Virus record (IMG/VR): IMGVR_UViG_3300032320_000993
Coordinates: 1 to 56,504 of that record
DNA: 56,504 bases
Reading direction: 5' to 3' (one strand)
DNA from: a virus
Lineage: Duplodnaviria > Caudoviricetes
Of the stretch, positions 19,862 to 28,777 are shown piece after piece (position 1 is the stretch's first letter; each line of letters starts with the position of its first letter). Both the position numbers and the translations under genes were made by a program. The notes beneath the pieces were generated by a model. It saw only the letters and a list, made by a program, of their open reading frames with translations. It ran no database searches and was not told where the DNA came from.

Positions 19862-20469
19862 GCCTGATTGAACTTCAGAAAAAGATCGGAGTAACGGCAG
19901 ATGGTGCGTTTGGTCCGGGAACATTTAAAAAAGCTGCGTCTTACTATAAGCTGTCTCCCAATCGCGCTGCACATTTTTTTGCTCAAACGGCACATGAAAG
20001 CGGCGGCTTCAAGGCGTTCAGAGAAAACCTTAACTACAGCGCCAAAGGGCTTCGCGACATCTTTGGTAAATATTTCCCGACTGACCTTGAAGCTCAAATG
20101 TATGCGCGACAGCCGCAGAAAATCGCAAATCGCGTTTATTCTAATCGTATGGGTAATGGGAACGAGCGCTCTGGCGATGGGTGGAATTATCGCGGACGCG
20201 GCGCTCTCCAACTAACCGGCAAGGATAACTATGAAGCCTTTGCAAGCTATATCGGTCGCCCCGACGTCATGTCCAACCCTGATCTGGTTTCTGGCGAACT
20301 CTGCTTTGAGAGCGCGCTTTGGTTCTTTGACAAGAACAAGCTGTGGGGCATCTGCGATCAGGGCGTCAACGATGCCGCCATCCTCGCGCTGACGAAGCGC
20401 ATCAACGGCGGGACGCACGGCCTTGATGACCGTAAACTAAAGACCAAGAAGTACGCAACGTGGGCCTGA
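19858..20469 (+). CDS. Endolysin, glycoside hydrolase family 19, with N-terminal peptidoglycan-binding remnant
   Basis: AQTAHESGGF, ENLNYS, YRGRGALQLTGKDNY and TKRINGG motifs; ADGAFGPGT. Confidence 0.92.
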   Translation: MSLIELQKKIGVTADGAFGPGTFKKAASYYKLSPNRAAHFFAQTAHESGGFKAFRENLNYSAKGLRDIFGKYFPTDLEAQMYARQPQKIANRVYSNRMGNGNERSGDGWNYRGRGALQLTGKDNYEAFASYIGRPDVMSNPDLVSGELCFESALWFFDKNKLWGICDQGVNDAAILALTKRINGGTHGLDDRKLKTKKYATWA

Positions 20470-20867
20470 TCCCTAACCCTTTGGTGATCTATGTGGCGGC
20501 AGGCACTCTTATTGTTGGCGCAGCCGCCGGTTACAAAGTCCGCGACTGGCAGTGTGAGGCAGCGTATGCAAAAGCTCTGGAAGAGGCTGAGAAGTCGCGG
20601 GCCAAAAAGCAAGAGGTAGTAGATGATGTTTCAGTGGTTTACGAAGACGTCCGCGATCAAGCCAGTGTCGTGGCAACCGAACGCACCAACACCATTCGTG
20701 AAATATACAAAACGGCTCCTGCCGTTCCTGTTGATTGCTCTGCTCCTGAGCCTGTGCGCCGGTTGCTCGAAGGCAGTGTCCGTGACGCCAATGCCGCGTC
20801 CACCGGCAAACCTAGCGTCGAAGTGTCCGACCATCCAGAACCCACCGCTTCTGATGATCGACCCTGA
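20460..20867 (+). CDS. Rz-like inner-membrane spanin
   Basis: N-terminal TM helix plus coiled coil, directly after the endolysin. Confidence 0.7.
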   Translation: MGLIPNPLVIYVAAGTLIVGAAAGYKVRDWQCEAAYAKALEEAEKSRAKKQEVVDDVSVVYEDVRDQASVVATERTNTIREIYKTAPAVPVDCSAPEPVRRLLEGSVRDANAASTGKPSVEVSDHPEPTASDDRP

Positions 20868-20970
20868 GCGCTCACTTTGGGAAGCTGACATCATTGCCAA
20901 ATACGCAGATTGCAGTGTCAAACACCGTTTGACAGTCGAAGCATGGATAAGGGCTGTAGAGGCCCGCTAA
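20698..20970 (+). CDS. Rz1-like outer-membrane lipoprotein spanin (overlapping)
   Basis: GTG 20698 gives MKYTKRLLPFLLIALLLSLCAGC (lipobox); Pro-rich; overlaps Rz in another frame. The exact start is uncertain. Confidence 0.65.
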   Translation: MKYTKRLLPFLLIALLLSLCAGCSKAVSVTPMPRPPANLASKCPTIQNPPLLMIDPERSLWEADIIAKYADCSVKHRLTVEAWIRAVEAR

Positions 20971-20984
20971 CGTAAGGATATTTT

Positions 20985-21959
20985 ATGGGCGCGCCAATCT
21001 GCACCGACGACGAGTTCATTCGCGCATGGGAACTAGGAAGTGGTAGCCCCGCAAAGGTTGCCAAAATTCTCAGCACGACTGAGCGCAATATCTACGCCAA
21101 ACGCAGCACCCTCGCGCAGCGTGGTGTCATCCTGAAGAGTGTTCCAACACACGGGCCGACGAAATGGAGCGCCGAAGACGCGGGCCGCGCCTACAAGCGC
21201 CAGATCGACCTCAACATCGACACTGGCCGCGCCATCGCCTTCTCCGACGCGCACTGGTGGCCCAACCAGATGCGTACCGTTGCCAACGAGGCACTACTGA
21301 TCCTGACCAAGGAGCTGAAGCCCCGCACCGTGTTTGCCAACGGTGACATCTTCGACGGCGCGGGGGTTAGCCGTCACGCCCCTCTGGGCTGGGCTGAGCT
21401 GCCGACAGTCAAGGAGGAACTTGAGGCGTGTCAGGACCGCCTTGCAGAAATTGAGGACGTGTTGCCAAAAGGCTGCACCAAGATTTGGAACGTCGGCAAC
21501 CACGACGCCCGCTTCGACCGTGCGCTTTGCACCAACGCCGGAGAGTATGAAGGCGTTGTGCAGCGGCTTGAAGAAAAGTTTAACCGCTGGGACTTTACGT
21601 GGTCCACGATGGTCAACGAGAATTTGATGGTCAAGCACCGCTACCACAACGGCATCCACGCAACTTACAACAACACCCTGAAGGCGGGTCGGAGCATTTG
21701 CACCGGCCACTTGCACAGATTGGCCGTGACGCCGTGGGCGGACTACAACGGACGCCGCTACGGCGTGGACACAGGGACGCTCTCTAACCCGCACGGCCCG
21801 CAGTTCGACTATGCGGAGAACAACCCGTCGCCCCACACGTCAGGCTTCGCAGTCCTGTCGTTCAAGGACGGGCTGCTCCTGCCACCTGAGTTGGTCGAAG
21901 TCATCAACGAAAAAGCTTACTTCCGGGGTGAATGCGTCTTCGACGGAACTACTGACTGA
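20985..21959 (+). CDS. Calcineurin-like metallophosphoesterase with N-terminal HTH-like region
   Basis: SDAH, NGDIFD, GNHD and GHLH motifs. Confidence 0.85.
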   Translation: MGAPICTDDEFIRAWELGSGSPAKVAKILSTTERNIYAKRSTLAQRGVILKSVPTHGPTKWSAEDAGRAYKRQIDLNIDTGRAIAFSDAHWWPNQMRTVANEALLILTKELKPRTVFANGDIFDGAGVSRHAPLGWAELPTVKEELEACQDRLAEIEDVLPKGCTKIWNVGNHDARFDRALCTNAGEYEGVVQRLEEKFNRWDFTWSTMVNENLMVKHRYHNGIHATYNNTLKAGRSICTGHLHRLAVTPWADYNGRRYGVDTGTLSNPHGPQFDYAENNPSPHTSGFAVLSFKDGLLLPPELVEVINEKAYFRGECVFDGTTD

Positions 21960-22203
21960 CGACCCGGTTCAGGTACCAAATGGCCTTCTCAAGGCTTTCA
22001 TTCTGGCCCTTGTGGCGCTCACGCCAAATGTACTTCAGGGCATTGCCCTTGCAGTAACCGCGAAACTCTTCTGGTGTCAGGGCTGCTTCAATGCCGTCAA
22101 TCGTCTCAATGCCGCCCTGCGTGTAATGCTCAGGGCTGTTGACCATATCTTTTTTGGTATAAATGGCCTCGTTTGCAGCCTTAATCGTTTCGTGTATGTT
22201 CAT
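21949..22203 (-). CDS. DUF3310 family protein
   Basis: DMVNSPEHYTQGGIETID...GNALKYIWR...LEKAIWYL. Confidence 0.85.
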   Translation of the reverse strand: MNIHETIKAANEAIYTKKDMVNSPEHYTQGGIETIDGIEAALTPEEFRGYCKGNALKYIWRERHKGQNESLEKAIWYLNRVVSQ

Positions 22204-22445
22204 GACGTAAGGGCCTTGACCTTGCCAATGAAAAGAGGGTTGATCGCGATCTTGCCAACGCTGTAAAAGTTAGCATTGCCTGCCACCGCACCGTTGTCCT
22301 TATAGATCTCATCGACAATGACAAAGTCAGCGTGACTCATAACGTCAGTCAGCTCTTCCAAGCTCTTGGCCGGATGCTCACCAATGATCTGATGGACTGA
22401 ATTACCGCTACGGGACGGCATGTTCATTGTGATCTGAAATCTCAT
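22200..22445 (-). CDS. Hypothetical protein
   Basis: GAGG RBS; MRFQITMNMPSRSG... Confidence 0.6.
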   Translation of the reverse strand: MRFQITMNMPSRSGNSVHQIIGEHPAKSLEELTDVMSHADFVIVDEIYKDNGAVAGNANFYSVGKIAINPLFIGKVKALTS

Positions 22446-22457
22446 ACAAATGTCCTC

Positions 22458-22489
22458 AAAAAGATGGGCGGGACATAGCATCCCGCCCA
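22458..22489 (-). terminator. Rho-independent terminator after the SSB-like gene
   Basis: TGGGCGGGA/TCCCGCCCA stem followed by a T-run on the minus strand. Confidence 0.65.
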
Positions 22490-22501
22490 CCCCCTTGTCC
22501 A

Positions 22502-23179
22502 TTAGCCGAAATCGTCATCCGACGTAGATGCGGCTGTAGGAGCCGACACCTGCGTTGAGCCAGTCGACGGAGGCGATGCAGGGGCTGTCTGCGCGGGCGC
22601 GGGGACGGCATCACCACCATTCTTGGGGCTGAACACAAGGTCGGCAGGACGATCAACCCAGCTTGTGATCCTAAAGACCGGGGCATAGTTGGTCGTTTTC
22701 ACGGCGTTGCCCTTCTCGTCGCGACCCTGCGTGACGATGGGAACGGTCGTTTCAAGTGCGACAACGGGAAGCTTGCCCGGATTGGCCTTGGCACCAGCCA
22801 TATATTCAGTGTGGCAGGTGTCGAAGGCGCTCAGCACAGCCTTGGCTGTCGAGGCGATCTCGCGGATGTCGCCACCGCAATCCTTGCCAAGCTTCAGCAT
22901 CATGCGGATGCCCTGACGGAACTTGCCGCCCGGATTTTCCGGCATGGGCTGGTAAATCGGCGCGACCTTGAATTCAGGCGCTGATCCGGCTGGGAAGTGG
23001 ATAAAGCCCACCTCAATGTTCTCAAAGTCCATGACGGCCTTAAACGAACTGGTGATGTCCACAGGGTTGTTAACCCCGTCAGAGCGGTCGATGCGGAAGA
23101 ACCGGCCAGCCCGTGCGTCAAACTTGACAATGGGGATGATGTCGCCAGCGGACGACTCATAATTGAAACCAAAAGCCAT
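22502..23179 (-). CDS. Single-stranded DNA-binding/annealing-like protein
   Basis: Pro/Ala linker and acidic C-terminal tail ending SDDDFG; next to the exonuclease. Confidence 0.6.
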   Translation of the reverse strand: MAFGFNYESSAGDIIPIVKFDARAGRFFRIDRSDGVNNPVDITSSFKAVMDFENIEVGFIHFPAGSAPEFKVAPIYQPMPENPGGKFRQGIRMMLKLGKDCGGDIREIASTAKAVLSAFDTCHTEYMAGAKANPGKLPVVALETTVPIVTQGRDEKGNAVKTTNYAPVFRITSWVDRPADLVFSPKNGGDAVPAPAQTAPASPPSTGSTQVSAPTAASTSDDDFG

Positions 23180-23245
23180 TTGCATTTTCCTTTTATGGCG
23201 CTGTTTAGCCAGACGCCTAGCTTCCCCGCACTGTGCGGAAACTGG

Positions 23246-24001
23246 TTAGATGCCCCAAATCTCAAACGCTTGCTGGCGCGAAATTGGGTCATTGAAATAA
23301 AAGCTATCCGTGTCCGGAACGACGAACGATGCCAATTCCATAGGATCGTCGCTGAGAGCCAAGAAGCGCTGAATGGTCAGCCCGATCTTGCCAAGCGCCT
23401 CGACGTGTTCACGGGCGTTCTCAAGGGCATACGTGGCATGCTTCTTGGGCGTGATATATGTGACCCGCGCAGACAGGTTGTCGCCCCTCGCGGCGCGATA
23501 TAGGGCCACCTGACGGGCATGCGGCTGGCTAATCTTGCTTGGCAGGGCGTGAGATGTCTTGAGGTCAGTCAACATCCCGTGCTGCTCCCACTCAAAGTCA
23601 TAGTAGCCGATCATGGGCACAAGCAGGCCGTCGTAATCAAGGCTGATGAGCCCTTGAGCGGACGACGGCGTCCCGTAACCGCGCAACTCCCGCAGGCCCA
23701 TCTCGACCATGTCAGGGATTGCCTTACGCTCTTTATCAACCTTCTCGCCGCTAATAAAAGCAGCCAGCGTGTTAAACTTCTCCAGCGCGACATTGGTGCA
23801 GTCGGTTAAAGAAGCGTCGAGATTGAAAAGCCCGTGAGAGACGCCATCCTCAACTGCCGTGCCGCGATAGGCGGCAGGCCCGACAGCCGACGTTTTCTTG
23901 AGGCACTTCTTCATGACGAAGGTGGCTGGGGAGGACGTGAACAGGTTGCACGTCGATGGCGACAGATGCTCAATGCCGTGCTTTTCAAATGGATTGCTCA
24001 T
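23246..24001 (-). CDS. PD-(D/E)XK exonuclease (Cas4/RecB-like)
   Basis: HLSPS, GYYDF, TDLKT and RQVALY motifs. Confidence 0.8.
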   Translation of the reverse strand: MSNPFEKHGIEHLSPSTCNLFTSSPATFVMKKCLKKTSAVGPAAYRGTAVEDGVSHGLFNLDASLTDCTNVALEKFNTLAAFISGEKVDKERKAIPDMVEMGLRELRGYGTPSSAQGLISLDYDGLLVPMIGYYDFEWEQHGMLTDLKTSHALPSKISQPHARQVALYRAARGDNLSARVTYITPKKHATYALENAREHVEALGKIGLTIQRFLALSDDPMELASFVVPDTDSFYFNDPISRQQAFEIWGI

Positions 24002-24189
24002 TATTCTGCCTCAATAACAATACGATAAGATTGACCATTGCGGTCAACAATGCGAAGCGACGAAACATCGCTTTGAAGGTCTGATTTTATCGACCTTGGA
24101 GCAGAAAGCAAGCCCTCAGGATCTGCAAACGCAAACTGATGCGCGATGCGGTATGCTATGTATTCCTGCATTTTTGAATATGTCTGCAT
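24001..24189 (-). CDS. Hypothetical protein
   Basis: GGAG RBS; first gene of the leftward operon. Confidence 0.55.
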   Translation of the reverse strand: MQTYSKMQEYIAYRIAHQFAFADPEGLLSAPRSIKSDLQSDVSSLRIVDRNGQSYRIVIEAE

Positions 24190-24223
24190 AATGTCTCCAT
24201 AAAATTGGTAATCGATAAGGTGA

Positions 24224-24256
24224 CAGGACAGTACGCCCTGAAAAAAATTCCGTCAA
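24224..24256 (-). promoter_or_regulatory. Leftward sigma70-type promoter with overlapping operator
   Basis: TTGACG-N17-TACTGT on the minus strand; operator CAGGAC-N5-GCCCTG at 24224..24240. Confidence 0.65.
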
Positions 24257-24270
24257 GCGATAAAATGCTG

Positions 24271-24299
24271 TTGACAGGCAGGGCGGTGCGCCCGTAACT
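24271..24299 (+). promoter_or_regulatory. Rightward promoter with operator CAGGGC-N5-GCCC
   Basis: TTGACA at 24271; palindrome at 24279..24295. Confidence 0.65.
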
Positions 24300-24338
24300 G
24301 GCCACCGCCACAGGCGAAATAATTATTGGAGGTATTTT

Positions 24339-24545
24339 ATGAGCAACCCGCAAGTGACTGAAATCATTAAGAAAGCGCACAAGGCGTTCAAGCGCGCAGA
24401 TAAAATCACGCAGCGAAAGCGCGACAGCGAAAATGAAATTAAGGCGCTGTGCCAAGAATATAGCAGCGCAATGAAAGTTTGGAACTGGCAGCCGCATATG
24501 CTGCGTCAGGCAGTGGAGACGCGACTGGGAAAAAAGATTTCTTGA
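24339..24545 (+). CDS. Hypothetical protein
   Basis: GGAGG RBS. Confidence 0.6.
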   Translation: MSNPQVTEIIKKAHKAFKRADKITQRKRDSENEIKALCQEYSSAMKVWNWQPHMLRQAVETRLGKKIS

Positions 24546-24571
24546 CACGTTAGGGCGCTTCGCCCTAGCTA
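24542..24571 (+). promoter_or_regulatory. Promoter with operator TAGGGC-N5-GCCCTA
   Basis: TTGACA at 24542; palindromic arms at 24551..24567. Confidence 0.7.
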
Positions 24572-24603
24572 ACAATGCGACACCTATCAAAAGTGGAGTG
24601 ACA

Positions 24604-24813
24604 ATGAAGCAGACAAAGGAAGATTTTGCGTTAGCGCGAGGGGTTTTGGGCATGACTGCACCAGAAATGGCTAGGGCCCTGCGTATGGGTAAGGGGTCAG
24701 ATCGCACAATCCGACGCTATGAAAGCGGAGAGTGCCCTGTGCCCGGACCAACGTCGGTTGCAGTTGAAGCATTGCTGACTGGATTTCGTCCAGAAGGCTT
24801 TGATTTAAAGTGA
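24604..24813 (+). CDS. XRE/Cro-like HTH regulator
   Basis: LGMTAPEMARAL...TIRRYESGECPVP. Confidence 0.75.
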   Translation: MKQTKEDFALARGVLGMTAPEMARALRMGKGSDRTIRRYESGECPVPGPTSVAVEALLTGFRPEGFDLK

Positions 24814-25052
24814 CCGTAATCCCAATCGACCACATTGAAACGATTGATGACCTCATCAATGAAATGGCAGCGGCCATCGGCCCTTATGCCTTTTCAAAGA
24901 AGGGATCTGATCAAGAGCAAAATCTCTGTCGCATGGCAGCGAGAAGGGCTTTGACAGTTTGCGCGCCAATAATAGTGCGTGAGGCTGCGGCCCTAGCTGG
25001 AGATAACGCAGAGATCGCCTCCAACATCATGCGATTGAATGATATTTTTTAA
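24810..25052 (+). CDS. Hypothetical protein
   Basis: Overlapping GTGA start/stop. Confidence 0.5.
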   Translation: MTVIPIDHIETIDDLINEMAAAIGPYAFSKKGSDQEQNLCRMAARRALTVCAPIIVREAAALAGDNAEIASNIMRLNDIF

Positions 25053-25073
25053 CATCAAAACGAAAGGAATGAC

Positions 25074-25352
25074 ATGATTGAAGATTTAGCAAGAATGAAT
25101 GAGGAGCAGCTTTGGGCTGCCAGCAATAAGGTTCAAAATTTCCTCGTCAATATAACGTCGCATCCGGCAGACTCTCTTGGCGCAGCAGCCATGGTTTTTG
25201 TCAACTTGCTTGCCGCTGGCATTGCGTGCGGGGCTTTGGAGATGGAGGCTTTTGACAAGCTCATGCTAAGCGTCCGCGAAAGCGTCAATGAAACCGTTGA
25301 AGTGATCATGGAAGAAATGGCAGCAAAGTCTGCATTTGAAACCATTCAATAA
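25074..25352 (+). CDS. Hypothetical protein
   Basis: AAGGA RBS. Confidence 0.55.
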   Translation: MIEDLARMNEEQLWAASNKVQNFLVNITSHPADSLGAAAMVFVNLLAAGIACGALEMEAFDKLMLSVRESVNETVEVIMEEMAAKSAFETIQ

Positions 25353-25362
25353 AGGAGCAGAA

Positions 25363-25560
25363 ATGAAAGACGATCACGTTTACCCCCGCCAGACAGGCGC
25401 TGGCCCAACACCGGGGATGGAACTTCGCGACTGGTTTGCAGGACAGGCGGTAATTGGCCTTCTGTCTAACCCTAAGTACGATGATGATGACAGCGAGCAT
25501 ATTGCGCTTATGGCATACGGCGTAGCAAATTTTCTTATGGAAGAACGGGAGCAAAACTGA
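25363..25560 (+). CDS. Hypothetical phage protein (GMELRDWFAGQA family)
   Basis: AAGGAG RBS; GMxLRDWFA motif common in phage early genes. Confidence 0.65.
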   Translation: MKDDHVYPRQTGAGPTPGMELRDWFAGQAVIGLLSNPKYDDDDSEHIALMAYGVANFLMEEREQN

Positions 25561-25862
25561 TGTCTGATATTGAATTTATCTTTGGGCAGGCTGGTTCTGG
25601 GAAGTCATTTTCCCACGCCGGTATTGCGATAGCAGCGGGACTGCTTCCGCTCCTGTCAACTAAGGAGGCTTCTGCCATCCTTGGCGTGTCAATCGGAACG
25701 CTGGCTAAGTGGCGTGTAGAAGGTAGCGGGCCTAAGTTTATTAAGTCCAATCGGATTGTTGGTTATGATCAAAAAGATATTGCAGATTGGATAAGCTCAA
25801 GGCGTGTTTCCTCCACTACTGAAGGAGCATCGGCAATCAACACAAACAAGGAGCAAAACTGA
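25560..25862 (+). CDS. Excisionase/AlpA-like winged-HTH protein
   Basis: LSTKEASAILGVSIGTLAKWRVEGSGPKFIK...YDQKDIADWI. Confidence 0.75.
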   Translation: MSDIEFIFGQAGSGKSFSHAGIAIAAGLLPLLSTKEASAILGVSIGTLAKWRVEGSGPKFIKSNRIVGYDQKDIADWISSRRVSSTTEGASAINTNKEQN

Positions 25863-26098
25863 TGTCTTACCAGATCACAGCCGCAGAGCTGCGCCAGTAC
25901 ATTGAGCGCATTGAGCGCCTTGAGGAGGAAAAGAAGGAAACCTCCGACCTTATCAAGGACGTTTACAGGGAGGCCAAGGGTCAGGGTTACGAAACCAAGA
26001 GTATGAAGCAGATCATCCGCCTGCGCCGCATGGAAAAGCATGCGCGTGACGAAGAAGAGGCGTTGCTCGACACATACAAGGAGGCTCTGGGCCTGTGA
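25862..26098 (+). CDS. gapR: GapR-like (DUF2312) nucleoid-associated protein
   Basis: LRQYIERIERLEEEKKETSDLIKDVYREAKGQGY...EEEALLDTYKEALG matches the alphaproteobacterial GapR consensus. Confidence 0.85.
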   Translation: MSYQITAAELRQYIERIERLEEEKKETSDLIKDVYREAKGQGYETKSMKQIIRLRRMEKHARDEEEALLDTYKEALGL

Positions 26099-26565
26099 TC
26101 ATTCTTGGCATCGATCCCGGCCTGAGTGGGGCGCTGGCGCTCTACGACACGGCGGAAGGATCCGTTGAGGTGATCGACATGCCGGTGCTGGAACTTATCC
26201 GAAACGGCAAGAAGAAGCGGGAGGTCAGCGCTCAGGCGCTGGCCAACCAGCTTGCAGGTCGAAACATCAAGGCGGCGTTCCTTGAGCGCGTCAACGCCAT
26301 GCCCGGACAGGGTGTGACGTCTGTTTTTAGTTTTGGTCGATCATTGGGGATTGTCGAGGGCGTTCTTGCGGCATATGATATTCCTACAACGCTTGTGACG
26401 CCTCAGGCGTGGCAAAAGGCTGTCGGACAGCGCGCAGGTAAGGATGGAAGCCGTGAAAGGGTTATGCAACTCTTTCCGGCACAAGTCGACTTGTTCCAGC
26501 GCAAGAAGGACGATGGCCGATCTGATGCCGCCCTTATAGCATATTACGGAGCGAAGTCTCTTTAA
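26095..26565 (+). CDS. RuvC-like Holliday junction resolvase
   Basis: ILGIDPGLSGA, FLERV, FSFG and DGRSDAALIA motifs. Confidence 0.85.
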   Translation: MIILGIDPGLSGALALYDTAEGSVEVIDMPVLELIRNGKKKREVSAQALANQLAGRNIKAAFLERVNAMPGQGVTSVFSFGRSLGIVEGVLAAYDIPTTLVTPQAWQKAVGQRAGKDGSRERVMQLFPAQVDLFQRKKDDGRSDAALIAYYGAKSL

Positions 26566-26589
26566 CCACCTATCGATCAGGGGCCGAAT

Positions 26590-28716
26590 GTGGAAAATAT
26601 ACAATTTGATTACGATTTTGCAGGTCCTGCTGACTATGCCAAAATGTACCGCCGACTGGGCATTCAGGTCGTACCGGCCAAGATGCCCCGCGAAGACAAG
26701 GCGTGGAAGCGCCCTGTCATAAAGTGGCGCGATTACGAAGATCACATTGCTGACGACGATACCTTCAATGGCTGGTTTGGCGAGGGTGGTGAATTCCGCT
26801 CTCGCCCCAACATGGGCATTATCACTGGCAATGCGTCTGACGGGACCTTTGTCCTCGACATTGACAGCCACAACCACCCAGAAGCCAAGACGTGGCTGGA
26901 CGATCTGATTGACTGCCACAACCATGGCCTGCCGATCAACGCGCCCACCCAGCGCACTGGCGGCGGCGGATTGCAGTTGCTGTTCAAGGCTCCTGACGGG
27001 TGGGTGTCACCCACCAACAAGACGACCATGGGCGTGGACATCAGGGGTCAGGGTGGCTTTGCCATGCTGCCTCCCAGCAAGCATGAGAGCGGCCAGTCCT
27101 ATGAATGGCTCAAGGGTCGCGAACCTTGGAACACCGCTATTCCTGAAGCTCCTATGTGGCTGATTGAGGCCATTGACGAACTGCTGTCCCAATTCACTAA
27201 GGTTGAGCGCGGAGAGCGCACTGAAAGCCCTTCACAGGCGACAGATGCCTTTGGCCAGATTGTTGATGGTCGCGAGGATTATATGACGCGCCTGATCTGG
27301 GCGCGGGTCGTGCATCTGTATCGCGAATGCCCCTTTATCAGCGACAATGAGGCTGAAAAGGAAATGCGCGAGGCGTTCACAAAATACGATCAGAGCGTCA
27401 AAAGCAGGCTGTTCGAACCGGGCACCCCCAACCATATCCTGCTGGAGCGGGAGGGTCGCGGCGCGTCTTTGTTTTTTCAAAAATGGAACATTGCCATGGG
27501 GCAGTGGGACAGTCGCGTAAAGGAGGCGGCGGCTGTCTCCGCACCAGAAAAAAAGCCCGATGCGTCTTTTCATGAGCAAACCGGTGACGGTGGAGACGGG
27601 GCCCACACGCTAACGCAATCCGACATCGATGTTTATGAAAGACTGAGCATTTCTGACATCAAGGCGCTGCCCGATCCCAAATACCTGATTGAGGGCATCG
27701 TCATCGAGAATTCGCTACTGTTTATGTACGGGCCTCCGGGATGCGGCAAGACGTTCATTAGCCTCAGTATGGCCTTGGCTATTGCTGCGGGGTTGCCTGA
27801 ATGGTGGGGCCGCAAGATTTACAAGCATGGCCCTGTCGTGCTTCTGTCGAGCGAAGGCGTGGCGGATCTCAAGTTCCGCATCATGGCATGGGAAAAGGAA
27901 ACCGGCATCAGCGTTGACAGCATCCCGTTTTATCTGATCCGTCAGACCATCAACTTCATGGCTGAGGCTGACGTCGATAAGCTTTTGCGGACGGTGCTGG
28001 ACATAACCAACGAGCTGGGCGAACCGCCAGTCCTGATCAACGTAGACACCGTCAGCCGTGTGCTGCCGGGGGCTGATGAGAACCTACAGAAGGATATGAC
28101 CCTGTTCATTTCCGCCTGTGATCGCGTCAGGGAGGTCTTTGGGTCTACCGTGGCGGGCATCCACCACACAAGCCGTAATGGCAACCTGCGTGGCTCTACG
28201 GTCTTTGATGGGGCTGGTGACGCCCTGCTGTCTATCACCCGCGAGGAGGGCGCTGAGATCGGCGAGATGTTGGCCAAGAAGATCAAGTCGGCACCTGACG
28301 GCTGGAAGCAGAACTTTCGCTTGAAGAAGGTGGAGATTGGCGACATCAAGGGGTCCACCAGCCTGTACGCTGAGCCTACAGACATTGAGGTTGGCGATGA
28401 CGGAAAGATTGGCTGGCCCAGCAAGTCTATATGCCAGCAGGTCCTGTACGCCATGCAGGAGGCTTGGTCATCCAAGCGCCCATGGTCGAACCATTATCAC
28501 GCCAAACGCGATGGACGTTATGCCTCCGCGATCATGGCAAGCCGCTGGGGCATTGAGCCTGAGATGGCTGAGCAAATGCTGGAAACATGGCTGATCAACG
28601 AGGTGATTGAAGTGAGCGTAGCGGATCATAAAACTAAGACCCGTGGGCTGAAGGTTTTGCGAAGCCTGTATGACGAAGGCGCTCCGCCGGTAAAAGCGAT
28701 TTGGTATGAAGATTAA
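26590..28716 (+). CDS. Bifunctional primase-polymerase (prim-pol) fused to AAA/RecA-like helicase
   Basis: NMGIITG, VLDIDSH and GVDIRGQGG...PPS motifs; Walker A GPPGCGKT; IHHT, RGS. Confidence 0.9.
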   Translation: MENIQFDYDFAGPADYAKMYRRLGIQVVPAKMPREDKAWKRPVIKWRDYEDHIADDDTFNGWFGEGGEFRSRPNMGIITGNASDGTFVLDIDSHNHPEAKTWLDDLIDCHNHGLPINAPTQRTGGGGLQLLFKAPDGWVSPTNKTTMGVDIRGQGGFAMLPPSKHESGQSYEWLKGREPWNTAIPEAPMWLIEAIDELLSQFTKVERGERTESPSQATDAFGQIVDGREDYMTRLIWARVVHLYRECPFISDNEAEKEMREAFTKYDQSVKSRLFEPGTPNHILLEREGRGASLFFQKWNIAMGQWDSRVKEAAAVSAPEKKPDASFHEQTGDGGDGAHTLTQSDIDVYERLSISDIKALPDPKYLIEGIVIENSLLFMYGPPGCGKTFISLSMALAIAAGLPEWWGRKIYKHGPVVLLSSEGVADLKFRIMAWEKETGISVDSIPFYLIRQTINFMAEADVDKLLRTVLDITNELGEPPVLINVDTVSRVLPGADENLQKDMTLFISACDRVREVFGSTVAGIHHTSRNGNLRGSTVFDGAGDALLSITREEGAEIGEMLAKKIKSAPDGWKQNFRLKKVEIGDIKGSTSLYAEPTDIEVGDDGKIGWPSKSICQQVLYAMQEAWSSKRPWSNHYHAKRDGRYASAIMASRWGIEPEMAEQMLETWLINEVIEVSVADHKTKTRGLKVLRSLYDEGAPPVKAIWYED

Positions 28717-28719
28717 TTG

Positions 28720-28750
28720 TTGACAAGATAGGGCGGTGCGCCCTAATGAT
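28720..28750 (+). promoter_or_regulatory. Promoter with operator TAGGGC-N5-GCCCTA
   Basis: TTGACA at 28720; palindrome at 28729..28745. Confidence 0.7.
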
Positions 28751-28777
28751 TGGCATCTTAATTCTATGGAGGTCCTA

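Noticed and set aside
23246-24001. Cas4-like nuclease as part of a CRISPR system
   Set aside because: It is a solo PD-(D/E)XK nuclease next to an SSB-like gene, a standard phage recombination pair.
24604-25862. Classical integrating lysogeny module
   Set aside because: HTH and excisionase-like genes are present, but I found no tyrosine or serine integrase, att site or ParA/ParB.
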